The notes: generated by a model not told the origin, from the sequence alone. Numbered from the stretch's first letter, positions 7,435 through 17,067 are shown. The stretch: DNA of 20,000 nucleotides from an uncultured virus (IMG/VR IMGVR_UViG_3300042922_000636) (IMGVR_UViG_3300042922_000636), one strand, 5' to 3'. A program made the numbers and translations.

Positions 7435-7840
7435 CGCTCCCGAGATCGTCCTGAACCGCGCGATCGCCGTCCTGCTCCAGTCCGAAGGCCTCGCGGTCTA
7501 CGCGCCGACCGGCCCCATCCCGAACAAGGGCATCCGCCTCGACGGGGTCATGCCGACCACGGTCAACGAGTTCACCCTCCTCACTCCCCTCCGCCCCGTC
7601 CCCGACGGGCGCTCGGACATGGAGTACCGGACGCAGATCTACACCCGCCGCGTCGGCTCGCTCCTCGTCGCTCGACAGTGGGCGTCGGACCTGCGCGAGC
7701 TCCTCGACCAGCAGGAGTACCCGCTCAACGTCCTCGGGATCTCGTGGGCGTACGAGTTCTCCGCCACCGACTTCGAACCCGACTCGCAGGGACGCTCGGC
7801 CGTCGCCTGCACCTACTACTTCCGCGGCCGCCGGCCGTAG
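7427..7840 (+). CDS. Tail terminator protein
   Basis: 137 aa overlapping the previous stop (GTGGCTGA), directly before the major tail gene; C-terminal D.QGR.....Y motif. Confidence 0.72.
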   Translation: MADAPEIVLNRAIAVLLQSEGLAVYAPTGPIPNKGIRLDGVMPTTVNEFTLLTPLRPVPDGRSDMEYRTQIYTRRVGSLLVARQWASDLRELLDQQEYPLNVLGISWAYEFSATDFEPDSQGRSAVACTYYFRGRRP

Positions 7841-7887
7841 GACCGCCGGAAGCGCCGGCAACCACCCACCCAGAAGGAGGCGGACGC

Positions 7888-8640
7888 ATGTCCGACACGA
7901 CTCTCTACGACACGACGGCGCCCTCCGCAGGGTCCCTCGCGCTCGCCCACCAGAAGCTCATCCGCGTCAAGCTGCAGGGCGTGTTCCGGAACATCACCGG
8001 CGACGTCAACAACCTGGCGCTGAACCCGACCCCGGTGACCGTCGCCCGCGAGGTGTACGGCACGAAGGGCAGCACCTCCGCCGACACGATCGCGCACAAC
8101 TTCGCGCCGTCGTTCCAGGTCGAGGTCGTCCGCGACCCGGTCACGAAGCAGATCGCGCAGGCGCAGGACTGGTTCATCGACCTGTACAAGGCGTCCTTCG
8201 CGAAGGGCTCCGACAACAAGCGTGAGTTCCAGCTGTTCACCGACGCGCTCGACGAGCGGATGCCGGTGTTCCAGGGCATCTTCTCCGTGTCCGTCGCCGA
8301 GGCGAACACCGGATTCGCGGACAAGGCGATCTTCACCTTCACGCTCACCAGCAACGGTGTCGTCCCCGAGGTCGCCTCGCCGCTCGCCGGGACCGGCGTC
8401 CCGATCCTCGAGTCCGCCACCCCCGCGGGTCAGGCGCCCGGCGACCTGATCGTCGTCCGCGGCTACAACCTGGACTCGTTCGTGTCCGCGACGATCGACG
8501 GTGCGAACGTCCTCGAGTTCCGGAAGGTCGACGACCACGCGGTCGTCCTCCTGATCCCCGCGACCGTGTCGGGCTCCGCCCCGATCGTCGTCACGAACGA
8601 CAAGGGCGCGTCCACGGCGCTCCCGTACGCCGCGGTCTGA
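7888..8640 (+). CDS. Major tail (tube) protein with C-terminal IPT/TIG Ig-like domain
   Basis: ATG 7888 with SD AAGGAGG; 250 aa. Tube-like N-domain ends FTFTLTSNG, then PILESATP...PGD.IVVRG.N......V....IP.....APIVVTN..G.S. Confidence 0.82.
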   Translation: MSDTTLYDTTAPSAGSLALAHQKLIRVKLQGVFRNITGDVNNLALNPTPVTVAREVYGTKGSTSADTIAHNFAPSFQVEVVRDPVTKQIAQAQDWFIDLYKASFAKGSDNKREFQLFTDALDERMPVFQGIFSVSVAEANTGFADKAIFTFTLTSNGVVPEVASPLAGTGVPILESATPAGQAPGDLIVVRGYNLDSFVSATIDGANVLEFRKVDDHAVVLLIPATVSGSAPIVVTNDKGASTALPYAAV

Positions 8641-8659
8641 TCGGACTGGTGCAGGGACC

Positions 8660-9121
8660 ATGACGATCACCGCTGACAAGGTCGGCCGCAACCTCCACAT
8701 CACGCTCGAGGGGGTGCCGGATCCGTTTGTGATCCGGCCCCTCCCGGGCCGTGCAGGCATCCAGGTAACCGACACATACCTCACGTACTCCGGCGGCGAC
8801 ACGACCGTCGACATGTTGTCCGCCCTCACGATGGCGGTCGACGGTGCCCGACAGAACGCGATCACCGGCCTGTGGGAACCCCTCCCCGAAGCCGAGCAGA
8901 TCAACATGAACCGCATCGGCCTCGAGCTCTCCCAGGAGGAGGGCAACGACGTCATCATGCCGGCATTGTTCTGGCAGACGATCCTCGGACTCGACGGTGT
9001 GAAGCAGTACATCGAGGGCGGTGAGGGTCTCGCCGGCACCCTAAAAGCGGCGGGGGCGTTGGCCGCGCGTTTGGGTCGCTTGGCCCCGCGGACATCGCCC
9101 AGGGAATCCGCGACGGACTGA
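8660..9121 (+). CDS. Tail assembly chaperone (gpG-like)
   Basis: 153 aa between major tail and tape measure genes; overlapping downstream -1 frame ORF. Confidence 0.78.
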   Translation: MTITADKVGRNLHITLEGVPDPFVIRPLPGRAGIQVTDTYLTYSGGDTTVDMLSALTMAVDGARQNAITGLWEPLPEAEQINMNRIGLELSQEEGNDVIMPALFWQTILGLDGVKQYIEGGEGLAGTLKAAGALAARLGRLAPRTSPRESATD

Positions 9122-9513
9122 TCATCGGCGTCGGCCGGCCCGACGCAAACGGTGTGTACGCGGAGGTCGTGTACACACCCGAATGGCGGGCGCAGCGGGA
9201 ACGCGCCGCCACCCAGTCGGATCAGCACGACGCCGTCGACCGGTCGCTCACCGCGAACGAACTGTGGCGGCTGGTGTGGCCCGAACTGTACGACCAGGTC
9301 GAACTCGACCTCGCCGTCACCGGCCTCATCCCCAACCTCGAGCACGCCCTCGACACCCGCCCCTGGCACTTCACCCGAGCAGCCATCGAACGCCTCCCCG
9401 ACGTGGATGGCACCTGGGTACGGAAGGCGGTGACTGCGCGTGTTCGAAGCCGGCGCTCTAGTCTTCCGAATCCAATCCGTCGGTCAGGCGATCTTCAAGA
9501 AGGACCAGGCTGA
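9046..9513 (+). CDS. Tail assembly chaperone frameshift extension (gpT part of gpGT; fusion about 284 aa from 8660)
   Basis: The -1 frame is open from 9025 to TGA 9511-9513; codon usage switches to this frame after C-CTA-AAA-G (9040-9047). Confidence 0.65.
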   Translation, partial: SGGGVGRAFGSLGPADIAQGIRDGLIIGVGRPDANGVYAEVVYTPEWRAQRERAATQSDQHDAVDRSLTANELWRLVWPELYDQVELDLAVTGLIPNLEHALDTRPWHFTRAAIERLPDVDGTWVRKAVTARVRSRRSSLPNPIRRSGDLQEGPG

Positions 9514-12307
9514 CGCGAAGGACGCGTTCGACAAGACCGGGAAGGCCGCCGAGGACACGGGCCGGAAGGTCGACGAGTCCGGCAACGCCACCGACCGTGC
9601 GTCGAAGAAGGCCCGCGACGCGAAGAAGCCCCTCGACGAGCAGGCGTCCTCGACGAAGAAGGTCGGCGACGAGTCCGCGACCGCCTCCGACAAGCAGGAC
9701 AAGCAGAAGGCCACCACGGAGCAGCAGGCCGAGGCCGCCAAGAAGCTCTCCGCCGCGATGCTCGTCGCCGGTGTGGCGGTGTCCGCGCTCGTCGGGCTGT
9801 CGGTCGCGAAGTTCGTCGAGTTCGACAAGCAGATGTCGAACACGTCCGCCGCGACCATGGCGTCCGCGGAAGAGCAGCGCGCGCTCGGCGAGGCCGCTCT
9901 CGACGCTGGCGCTGACACTGCCTACTCCGCATCCGAAGCCGCAGCGGCCGAGGAGGAACTCGCGAAGGCGGGCCTGCAGGTCTCCGAGATCGTCGGCGGG
10001 TCCCTGAACGGTGCCCTGGCTCTCGCGGCCGCCGGGCAGCTGCAGGTCGCCCGGTCCGCGGAGATCATGGCGACGACCCTCAAGCAGTACAAGCTGCCCG
10101 CCGAGGACGCCGCGCACGTCTCCGACCTCCTCGCCGCCGGTTCCGGCAAAGCGCAGGGCTCCGTTGACGACCTCGCGAACGCGCTCAAGTTCGTCGGCCC
10201 CGTCGCCGCCGGACTCGGGATCTCGCTCGAGGAGACCACGGGCATCCTGGCGCTGTTCGCGGAACAGGGCATCATCGGTGAGCAGGCGGGCACGTCCCTC
10301 CGCGGCGTACTGTCGTCGCTCACGTCCCCGTCGAAGATCGCCGCGGACACGATGAAGCAGTACGGCATCGAGATCTTCAACGCCAACGGTGAGATGAAGT
10401 CCGGCGCCCAGGTCGCCCAGGAACTGCAGGACGCGTTCGGCAGCCTCACGGAGGCGGAACGGTCGCAGGCGCTCGGCCGGATCTTCGGCAACGAGCAGAT
10501 CACGACCGCCCGCATCCTCTACTCGGGCGGTGCCGCCGCTGTCGAGGAGTGGACCGACAAGGTCAACGACTCCGGGTACGCCGCGGAACAGGCCGCGATG
10601 CGGCAGGACAACCTCGCCGGCGACGTCGAGAAGCTCGGCGGAGCGTTCGACACCGCCCTCATCCGCACCGGGTCCGGCGCGAACGAAGTGCTGCGGGAGA
10701 TGGTGCAGTCCGTCACCGCACTCGTCGACTGGTACGGCGAACTCCCCGCCCCGATCCAGGCCACCGCGCTCGTCGTCGGCGTCGCCACGGCGGCCGTGCT
10801 GCTCCTCGCGGGCTCCGCTGTCGGGCTACGGGTCCGGTTCATGGAACTCAAGGCTCAGATGGACGCCACGAACACGAGCATGGGGAAGACCGCTCTCGTC
10901 GGTGCCGCTGCCGGTCTCGCGCTCACCGGCGTCGTGACGGTGCTGTCGATCCTCGCGCAGAAGCAGGCCGAGATGAACGCCGGCGCTTCGGAGTTCGCCG
11001 ACACCCTCGACGAGGTCACCGGCGCGGCAACGGAGAACACGCGCGCGCTCATCGCGAAGAAGCTCGCCGATCAGGGCGCATTCGAAGGCGCCCGCCAGGC
11101 CGGGATCTCGCAGAAGGAACTCACCGAGGCGCTCTACGAAGGCGGCAGCGCCCTCGACGACGTGCTCGCGAAGATGAACGCGTACAACAACGAGAACCCG
11201 TTCAACGCGGTCGTCGGAAACTCGATCAACTCCGTCCGCGAGATGGGCGTCCAACTTGAGGACGCCGAGGTCAAGCACCAGGACCTCAAGGCGGCCACGG
11301 ACGAGAACGCTGCGTCGACCGAGTCCGCTGCTGACGCGTACGTGCAGGCCGCCGACGAGGCTGCGGGGCTGAACTCGACGCTGCAGGAACTCATCGACAC
11401 CATTGCTGAGTCGAACGGCGTCGGGCAGGACGCGGTCTCCGCGAACATCGACTTCCAGGAAGCCCTGTTCAAAGTCGACGAGCAGATCCGCCTCGCGAAA
11501 GAGGGCGCCGAAGGGTACTCGCTCGGTCTGGAGCAGAACACCGAGGCAGGACGCGACAACCTCGGGATGCTGAACGACCTCGCCGGCAAGTCGCAGGAGG
11601 CGGCGGAGGCGCAGTTCGCGCTCGACGGCAACACGCAGACGTATCGCAGCAGCCTCGAGGCCGGCCGGCAGGCGCTGATCCAGCGGGCCGAGGATCTCGG
11701 GTACAACGCGACTCAGGCTCAGGAACTTGCAGACCAGATCTTCCGGATCCCGTCCGATACCGAGTGGAAGCTGATCGCGGATACGTCGCGGGCGGCATGG
11801 ACCATCCAGGACTTCATCAACAAGTACGGCACCCTGTCGGGGACGATCAACTACCGGTCGAACCTGCCGGACCTGAACGGTGCAGTTTCGGGTTCCGGCC
11901 GGATGGGTACCTTCGCAAACGGTGGCGTCGTCGAGGCGTTCGCGAGCGGCGGGATGCGTGAGAACCACGTCGCTCAGATGGCTCGCGCGGGCTCCTATCG
12001 GCTGTGGGCGGAGCCGGAGACCGGTGGCGAGTCGTATATCCCTCACGCGCCGTCCAAGCGGGCGCGGTCGGAAGCGCTGATGACGGAGACCGCAGCGATC
12101 CTCGGCGGCGTCTACATCCCCTCAGGCGCGTCACAGTTCGCGGCGGGCGGGATGGCCGGTGCTCAGAGCGCGACGCTCGACAGTGCGGTGATCACGGGCA
12201 CGTTCGAGATTGGGGACGGGTTCGTGCGACTCATCGACGGGCGGATTCAGGCTGCGGACACCGCGAACGCCGGGAAGCTGCGTGGCGGAAGGCAGGTGCG
12301 CGGATGA
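9440..12307 (+). CDS. Tape measure protein
   Basis: 955 aa, Ala-rich helical. TP901-type core (FDKQMS, YSASEAA.A.EELAKAG, G.QAGTSLR, QDNLAGD.EKL.GA) and C-terminal FA.GG / WAEPETGGESYIP motifs. Confidence 0.95.
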   Translation: MFEAGALVFRIQSVGQAIFKKDQADAKDAFDKTGKAAEDTGRKVDESGNATDRASKKARDAKKPLDEQASSTKKVGDESATASDKQDKQKATTEQQAEAAKKLSAAMLVAGVAVSALVGLSVAKFVEFDKQMSNTSAATMASAEEQRALGEAALDAGADTAYSASEAAAAEEELAKAGLQVSEIVGGSLNGALALAAAGQLQVARSAEIMATTLKQYKLPAEDAAHVSDLLAAGSGKAQGSVDDLANALKFVGPVAAGLGISLEETTGILALFAEQGIIGEQAGTSLRGVLSSLTSPSKIAADTMKQYGIEIFNANGEMKSGAQVAQELQDAFGSLTEAERSQALGRIFGNEQITTARILYSGGAAAVEEWTDKVNDSGYAAEQAAMRQDNLAGDVEKLGGAFDTALIRTGSGANEVLREMVQSVTALVDWYGELPAPIQATALVVGVATAAVLLLAGSAVGLRVRFMELKAQMDATNTSMGKTALVGAAAGLALTGVVTVLSILAQKQAEMNAGASEFADTLDEVTGAATENTRALIAKKLADQGAFEGARQAGISQKELTEALYEGGSALDDVLAKMNAYNNENPFNAVVGNSINSVREMGVQLEDAEVKHQDLKAATDENAASTESAADAYVQAADEAAGLNSTLQELIDTIAESNGVGQDAVSANIDFQEALFKVDEQIRLAKEGAEGYSLGLEQNTEAGRDNLGMLNDLAGKSQEAAEAQFALDGNTQTYRSSLEAGRQALIQRAEDLGYNATQAQELADQIFRIPSDTEWKLIADTSRAAWTIQDFINKYGTLSGTINYRSNLPDLNGAVSGSGRMGTFANGGVVEAFASGGMRENHVAQMARAGSYRLWAEPETGGESYIPHAPSKRARSEALMTETAAILGGVYIPSGASQFAAGGMAGAQSATLDSAVITGTFEIGDGFVRLIDGRIQAADTANAGKLRGGRQVRG

Positions 12308-13230
12308 CCGCTGGGCCACTCCTCACCCCCTATGTTGACGCTGACCCGATGCCTCGGGTGGAGGTGTTCTTCGAGGAGTTCGCTCCGGGCACGGACACCG
12401 TCACGGTCTATCGGATGGTGAACGGGCGTGAGGCGGAAGTCCAGGGCGCTCTGCGCGCACCAACGGCCGGGTCGCTGACACGACTGGACTTCGGGGCCCC
12501 GTTCAACGTCCCCCTGACGTACCGCGCGCAGATGTTCGACGTCGCCGGCACTGACCTCGGATTCACCGACGCCTCCACCTTGGGGGCTTCGTTCGACGGG
12601 CTCCTCCCCGGGGACGACACGTACCCCGGGGAGGATACGTTCCCCGACGAGTTCGTTGCAGGGGCCGGACTCATGTCCGACGAGACATGGCTCCACAACC
12701 CCCTCGATCCGCGCGGCGGAGTGCGCGTGCAACTCGCCGCAACGACAGGGAACGTCCTCTCCCGGCCCGTCCCGGCCACCATCTCCCGCCCGCTCGGCCG
12801 GCGCCTAGGTGTGGTGCTGGCCGAGCCCCGCGGAGGCGTACAGGGGCTGCAGTTCGACGTCTACACGTACGACCTCGAGTCCGCCGACAAGCTCCAGGCG
12901 CTCGTCGGATCCGACGCGAACACGACGGTCCCTGTCGTCTGCGTCCGTCTCGGCGGCGTCGACCAGCGGCTCCGCATCCCGCAGCCCTTCCACATGTCCG
13001 TCTTCGACCCCGTCGAGGTAGACCTCACGGTGCAGTTCGGTGGAGAGACGCTGCTCACGCAGATGGTGGGCGACGAGGTCGAACCACCCACACCGGGCCT
13101 GTTCATCCCGCTCCTGACCGCGGCGGACATCAACGCCTACTTCCAGACCGCCGCAGACGTGAACGCGTCCGCGCTGGCGGCCTACACGATCAACCGGCGG
13201 TACGACCTCGCCGGCTACGCGACGGCCTAG
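12304..13230 (+). CDS. Minor tail protein (distal tail/Dit-like)
   Basis: ATG overlaps the TMP stop (ATGA), 308 aa; first gene after TMP; D..APFNVP.TYRA and WLHNPLDP motifs. Confidence 0.72.
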   Translation: MTAGPLLTPYVDADPMPRVEVFFEEFAPGTDTVTVYRMVNGREAEVQGALRAPTAGSLTRLDFGAPFNVPLTYRAQMFDVAGTDLGFTDASTLGASFDGLLPGDDTYPGEDTFPDEFVAGAGLMSDETWLHNPLDPRGGVRVQLAATTGNVLSRPVPATISRPLGRRLGVVLAEPRGGVQGLQFDVYTYDLESADKLQALVGSDANTTVPVVCVRLGGVDQRLRIPQPFHMSVFDPVEVDLTVQFGGETLLTQMVGDEVEPPTPGLFIPLLTAADINAYFQTAADVNASALAAYTINRRYDLAGYATA

Positions 13231-13239
13231 GAGGTCAGC

Positions 13240-14346
13240 GTGCGCCAGCACACCCCCGAACTCCTCCCCGTCCTCACCGGGTCGTTCACCCGCCGCCTGT
13301 TCGCGAACGTGTTCCACGGCACGAACCGCGTGCTCGAGGATGTCCCGTTCGAGTCCTGGTCCCTCACCGGCGACATCGACGCGAAGGTGAAGTACTGGGG
13401 GGCGGGCGCGATCGTCTGCACCACGAAGGACGGCAAGTCGCTCAGCCCGATCGGCACCGCAGGCATCCTGTCACCGTTTCGGATGCGGCTCGAGCTCGTC
13501 ATGGAGATCACCGCCGCCGACTTCCGCGAACGAGTCAGCCTTGGCATGTTCCGAGCGACGGCCGTCCCCCGCTCGAAGGACACAAACGCGATCGTGAACG
13601 GCGACGTGGTCACCACCGCGTCCCGCGTCGAGGTGACCTTCCACTCTCTCGAGGAGAACGTGCGCCGCCGCGGAATGCGGTTCCCGGAGCAGCCGCCCAC
13701 GGGCGCGTCCTGTTTCAGCGAGATCCGGCGCCTGACCGACATGCCGGTGCAGGAGACAGTCGACGATGTCGCCGCCCCGCCGATCACGTACGAGGCGAAG
13801 CAGGAAGGGCGCCTCAACGCGGTCGGGATGCTCGCCGACGAACTCGGCGGTGTCCCCATCGTGAACAGCGCCGGCGCGTGGGTGATCATCCCCGACGAGA
13901 TCGGCGAACCCGTCGCGGAACTCCACCTCGGAAAGAACGGCACCGTCACCGACGTCGGCAACGAGATCGACACCGACACGATCTACAACTGTGTCGTCGG
14001 GATCTTCGAAGACAACCTCCGCAACCCGATCTACTCCGTCGCGGAAGTCACTACCGGCCCCCTCGCGGTCGGCGGAGACTACGGCGAGAACACCCGCTAC
14101 TACGCGTCAGACAAGGTCACGACACAGGAGCAGGCGGACAGCGCCGTGAAGGCGATCCTCGCCCTCTCCACGGGCGCGCAGGAGTACGACGTCCCCATCC
14201 AGTGCCACGTCAATCCGCTCATCGAACTCGGCGACGTCACGGCGCTACTCGGCTGGACCCGCGACCTCACCGGCCGGGTCGTGCGGGTTGCCCTGTCGGA
14301 CAGCGCCCTGATGAACGTCACGCTCCGCGTTCCCCGAAGCCTGTGA
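13240..14346 (+). CDS. Minor tail protein (baseplate hub/Tal-like)
   Basis: 368 aa, SD AGGAGG; YN.VV, G.YGE....Y.S..VTT..QA...A and NPLIELGD motifs. Confidence 0.75.
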   Translation: MRQHTPELLPVLTGSFTRRLFANVFHGTNRVLEDVPFESWSLTGDIDAKVKYWGAGAIVCTTKDGKSLSPIGTAGILSPFRMRLELVMEITAADFRERVSLGMFRATAVPRSKDTNAIVNGDVVTTASRVEVTFHSLEENVRRRGMRFPEQPPTGASCFSEIRRLTDMPVQETVDDVAAPPITYEAKQEGRLNAVGMLADELGGVPIVNSAGAWVIIPDEIGEPVAELHLGKNGTVTDVGNEIDTDTIYNCVVGIFEDNLRNPIYSVAEVTTGPLAVGGDYGENTRYYASDKVTTQEQADSAVKAILALSTGAQEYDVPIQCHVNPLIELGDVTALLGWTRDLTGRVVRVALSDSALMNVTLRVPRSL

Positions 14347-14354
14347 GGTGAACC

Positions 14355-15224
14355 GTGGTCGATGCTGTTGACCGTCTTCTCGACCAGGTAGCCCGCATCC
14401 CCACGGTTCGTTCCGAGACGTCCGTTTTCGTGCGGATGGAGGGTGTCTTCGCGATCGTGAACGTGGGCCCGCAATCCGCGATCAAGGTCCCGTGCGTCGG
14501 CTGGTATCCGCCGGTGGCGGGCATGACCGTGCAGGTCGAATGGCGTGACGGCCACCCGGTCGTCACCGGCCCCGCGCGCTCCCTAAGCCCCATCGGCACG
14601 ATCTCCGCACCAGGAACACCGAAAGCCACCGTCCTCGTAGACGGCATCGAGTACCTGCTGTACACGCGCCAGGGGTACGAGGCGGTCCTCGGTGACATGG
14701 TCACCGTGAACTGGCAGACCGGCATCATCGAGGGCGCCATCACCGGGGTCGACACCCCCGAAGAGCCCGACACAGGCGGCGTCGCGGCGGCACAGTTCAC
14801 CGACCTTCCCGTGCTCGCCGAGAACTCCGGCAGCTACCAGTCCCGGTGGTGGAAGAACGACGTCTGGGCAAGCTCGAACAACGACGGCCTCTGGACGTAC
14901 GGGTGGCGCACACGCGACGCCCTCGCCGGCGCTGACGTCACCAAGGTCGAGATCTTCCTCCCCCTACAAAGCGAGGTCGGGAACGCGCAGATCGGCCTCT
15001 CCCCGAACCACGTCATCCCCCCCGGTGCACCCACGATCACCGATCTCGTCGACCTCCCAGTCCGTTCGGGCTGGGTTGCCCTGCCGTCGTGGTGGGGGAA
15101 CTGGCTGCGGGACAACACCGGCGGTATCGGCGTCCTCGCGCCCGGCGGTGGCGGGTACACGCGGTGGACCGGTACGGCTCTCGATTCATGGTCTGGTGCT
15201 CTGCGATTCGCGGGCAACCGATAG
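14355..15224 (+). CDS. Minor tail protein
   Basis: 289 aa, SD GAGGTG; beta-rich N-terminus and Trp/Gly-rich C-terminal domain; position in tail cluster. Confidence 0.7.
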   Translation: MVDAVDRLLDQVARIPTVRSETSVFVRMEGVFAIVNVGPQSAIKVPCVGWYPPVAGMTVQVEWRDGHPVVTGPARSLSPIGTISAPGTPKATVLVDGIEYLLYTRQGYEAVLGDMVTVNWQTGIIEGAITGVDTPEEPDTGGVAAAQFTDLPVLAENSGSYQSRWWKNDVWASSNNDGLWTYGWRTRDALAGADVTKVEIFLPLQSEVGNAQIGLSPNHVIPPGAPTITDLVDLPVRSGWVALPSWWGNWLRDNTGGIGVLAPGGGGYTRWTGTALDSWSGALRFAGNR

Positions 15225-15236
15225 GAAGGCTCACGC

Positions 15237-15878
15237 ATGGCGAAGTACGGCACCAACCCGGTCGACGGACGTCCCTTGTTCCGCGACACAGATTCGCCCG
15301 ACATCAAGCTTGATCCGCAGCAGGTCGCGGACTACGCCGCCGAGGTCGGCAACCGCATCGTCGGAACCACCGCCTACCTCGAGAACTACGCGTTCAAGCG
15401 CGACGGGCTCGCCGGGTACGACACCACCCGCGGGTGCGCCGTCACCTACCGGGGTGACACGTGGCGTCGGGACGTGTCTGCCCGGTTCTTCACGACCGCG
15501 CGCGGCGGCATGACAGACGGGACCCCGTTCTTCCAGGTGCCCGTGGAGGACACCGGACAGGATACGGAACCGGCGTTCACGTACACGTACAGCAACACGG
15601 ACGGTCGAGTGACGCTCGAGGCGGGCGTGTATCTGCTGCACGCGAAGGGCCACCCGGGCAGCGTGAACACGGGCACGTCGTTCCTGCAGCTGCGCGGCAC
15701 GTCGCAGGGCGTCCTGGACCGCAAGGGGCCGGCGATCAGCGCTGACCCCGTGATGTACGTCTCAGCGCTGTTCCGCGCCGACGGGTCCGAGGGCCTGATC
15801 GTCGAGATCCAGAAGCAGACTGGCGGGTCCTCGAACGGCGCGGGAACGCTCAGCATCGCGCGCATCGGGGGCATCTGA
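15237..15878 (+). CDS. Minor tail / short fibre protein
   Basis: 213 aa, SD AGGAAGG; C-terminal beta-sandwich-like region (G.VTLEAGVYLL...LSIARIG); last gene before the lysin. Confidence 0.6.
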   Translation: MAKYGTNPVDGRPLFRDTDSPDIKLDPQQVADYAAEVGNRIVGTTAYLENYAFKRDGLAGYDTTRGCAVTYRGDTWRRDVSARFFTTARGGMTDGTPFFQVPVEDTGQDTEPAFTYTYSNTDGRVTLEAGVYLLHAKGHPGSVNTGTSFLQLRGTSQGVLDRKGPAISADPVMYVSALFRADGSEGLIVEIQKQTGGSSNGAGTLSIARIGGI

Positions 15879-16621
15879 TGGGTGGTGCACCGGTCATCGA
15901 GACCATCCGGGCCGGCGTCGGATTCGTCCACTCGGCCGCGTCGTCGTTCCGGCGGGCAGAAGCCGGGTGGGAGGAGAAGACCGGCCGAGCGCGGATCGGG
16001 TGCAACTCGTCGTTCCGCGACTACGGGCTGCAGCTGTCGATGTATCAGGCGTGGACCGCTTGGACGGAACGCCGCGGTCCGAAGCCGAACCACTCGCGGC
16101 CGGCGAAGCCCGAGGACTCGAAGCACGTCATGGGTCTCGCCCTCGACACTCCCGACATCGGCATTCCCGGGTTCCTCGCCCACATGGCGGAGCACGGGTG
16201 GATCCAGATCCTGCCGAACGATCCGACCGAGCGCCACCACCTCGAGTACCAGTGGTGGCGCGATCAGCACTACGGCGAGCCCGTGCCGGCGCCCGCTGCC
16301 ACCAAGCCCTTGCCTGACAAGGAAGAGAGTCACGACATGTACGCAATCCGACAGATCGGTCAGCCTGATTCGGGCGTCATCATCCGGCCGGGCGTCCCGC
16401 CCTACGCGCTGCCCGCGCAGGTTTTCGAGACCGAGGCTTCGACGTACGGCCTCACGATCAAAGACCTCCCCGACTGGCGCTACGGCACGGCCGTACGCGA
16501 GCAGTGGACGGCGTTCAACACCGCCGAGCGCTTCCGGGCCGACGTGAACCTCACGGCCGAGAGCGTCCAGGAAGTCGCGGACGCCACGCGCAAAACGATC
16601 ATCGCACCGGAACACGGCTGA
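15878..16621 (+). CDS. Endolysin, M15-family zinc peptidase
   Basis: 247 aa. S.FR....Q..MY, A.P..SKH..GLALD (SxHxxGxAxD) and ERHHLEY (ExxH), then a Pro/Ala linker and a C-terminal domain. Confidence 0.88.
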   Translation: MGGAPVIETIRAGVGFVHSAASSFRRAEAGWEEKTGRARIGCNSSFRDYGLQLSMYQAWTAWTERRGPKPNHSRPAKPEDSKHVMGLALDTPDIGIPGFLAHMAEHGWIQILPNDPTERHHLEYQWWRDQHYGEPVPAPAATKPLPDKEESHDMYAIRQIGQPDSGVIIRPGVPPYALPAQVFETEASTYGLTIKDLPDWRYGTAVREQWTAFNTAERFRADVNLTAESVQEVADATRKTIIAPEHG

Positions 16622-17067
16622 TGCGCGCGCGCTGGCGGGCGTCGCCGTTCGGGCGGCTACCCGCTCGGCACGTGGCATGGGCGATCGCGAAGCTCATCGC
16701 GATCGTATGGATGCTCTCCTACGTCTTCACCGCGCCCCCGCAGACGTTCGCCATCCTCGGGTGGTTTCTCTGGGCGCTGCTCCCGATCGCGGCCGCTGCG
16801 GGCGTCGTGTCGATCGTCGGCATGGTCATCTCGCACAGCCCGACACCCGGTGCTCCGCGCCGCGGGCTGACGATCGAGCTCTCCGGTCTCTGGGTGATGC
16901 TCAGTGGCCCGTTCGCTCATGCCGTGACCATGTTCGTGATCATGGTCGGCGGCGAAGGTACGACCCGGTTCGGGCCGATGATGCAGTCGGTGTTCATGCT
17001 CGCCGTGATCAGCGTCCGGATTGTCGAGGTGCGGCGCCCCTGGTCCCGAATCACCGGAGCCGCCTGA
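16621..17067 (+). CDS. Membrane protein, about 4 TM helices (lysis cassette)
   Basis: ATG coupled to the lysin stop (TGATG); 148 aa with four hydrophobic stretches and a basic N-terminus. Confidence 0.75.
   Translation: MRARWRASPFGRLPARHVAWAIAKLIAIVWMLSYVFTAPPQTFAILGWFLWALLPIAAAAGVVSIVGMVISHSPTPGAPRRGLTIELSGLWVMLSGPFAHAVTMFVIMVGGEGTTRFGPMMQSVFMLAVISVRIVEVRRPWSRITGAA

Noticed and set aside
704..12046. Long minus-strand ORFs (704-2407, 3825-5528, 7816-9369, 10826-12046) and Arg/Pro-rich alternative + frames
   Set aside because: Shadow ORFs expected from strong GC3 bias opposite or overlapping clear structural genes; no motifs or start signals.
7069..15239. Three TAG stops followed in frame by the next gene (7069-7083, 13228-13242, 15222-15239), suggesting amber readthrough or recoding
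   Set aside because: The TAG is part of the next gene's SD (TAGGAGG/TAGGAAGG), each product has a normal stand-alone size, other TAG junctions (6716, 7838) are out of frame, and the tRNA is not a suppressor.
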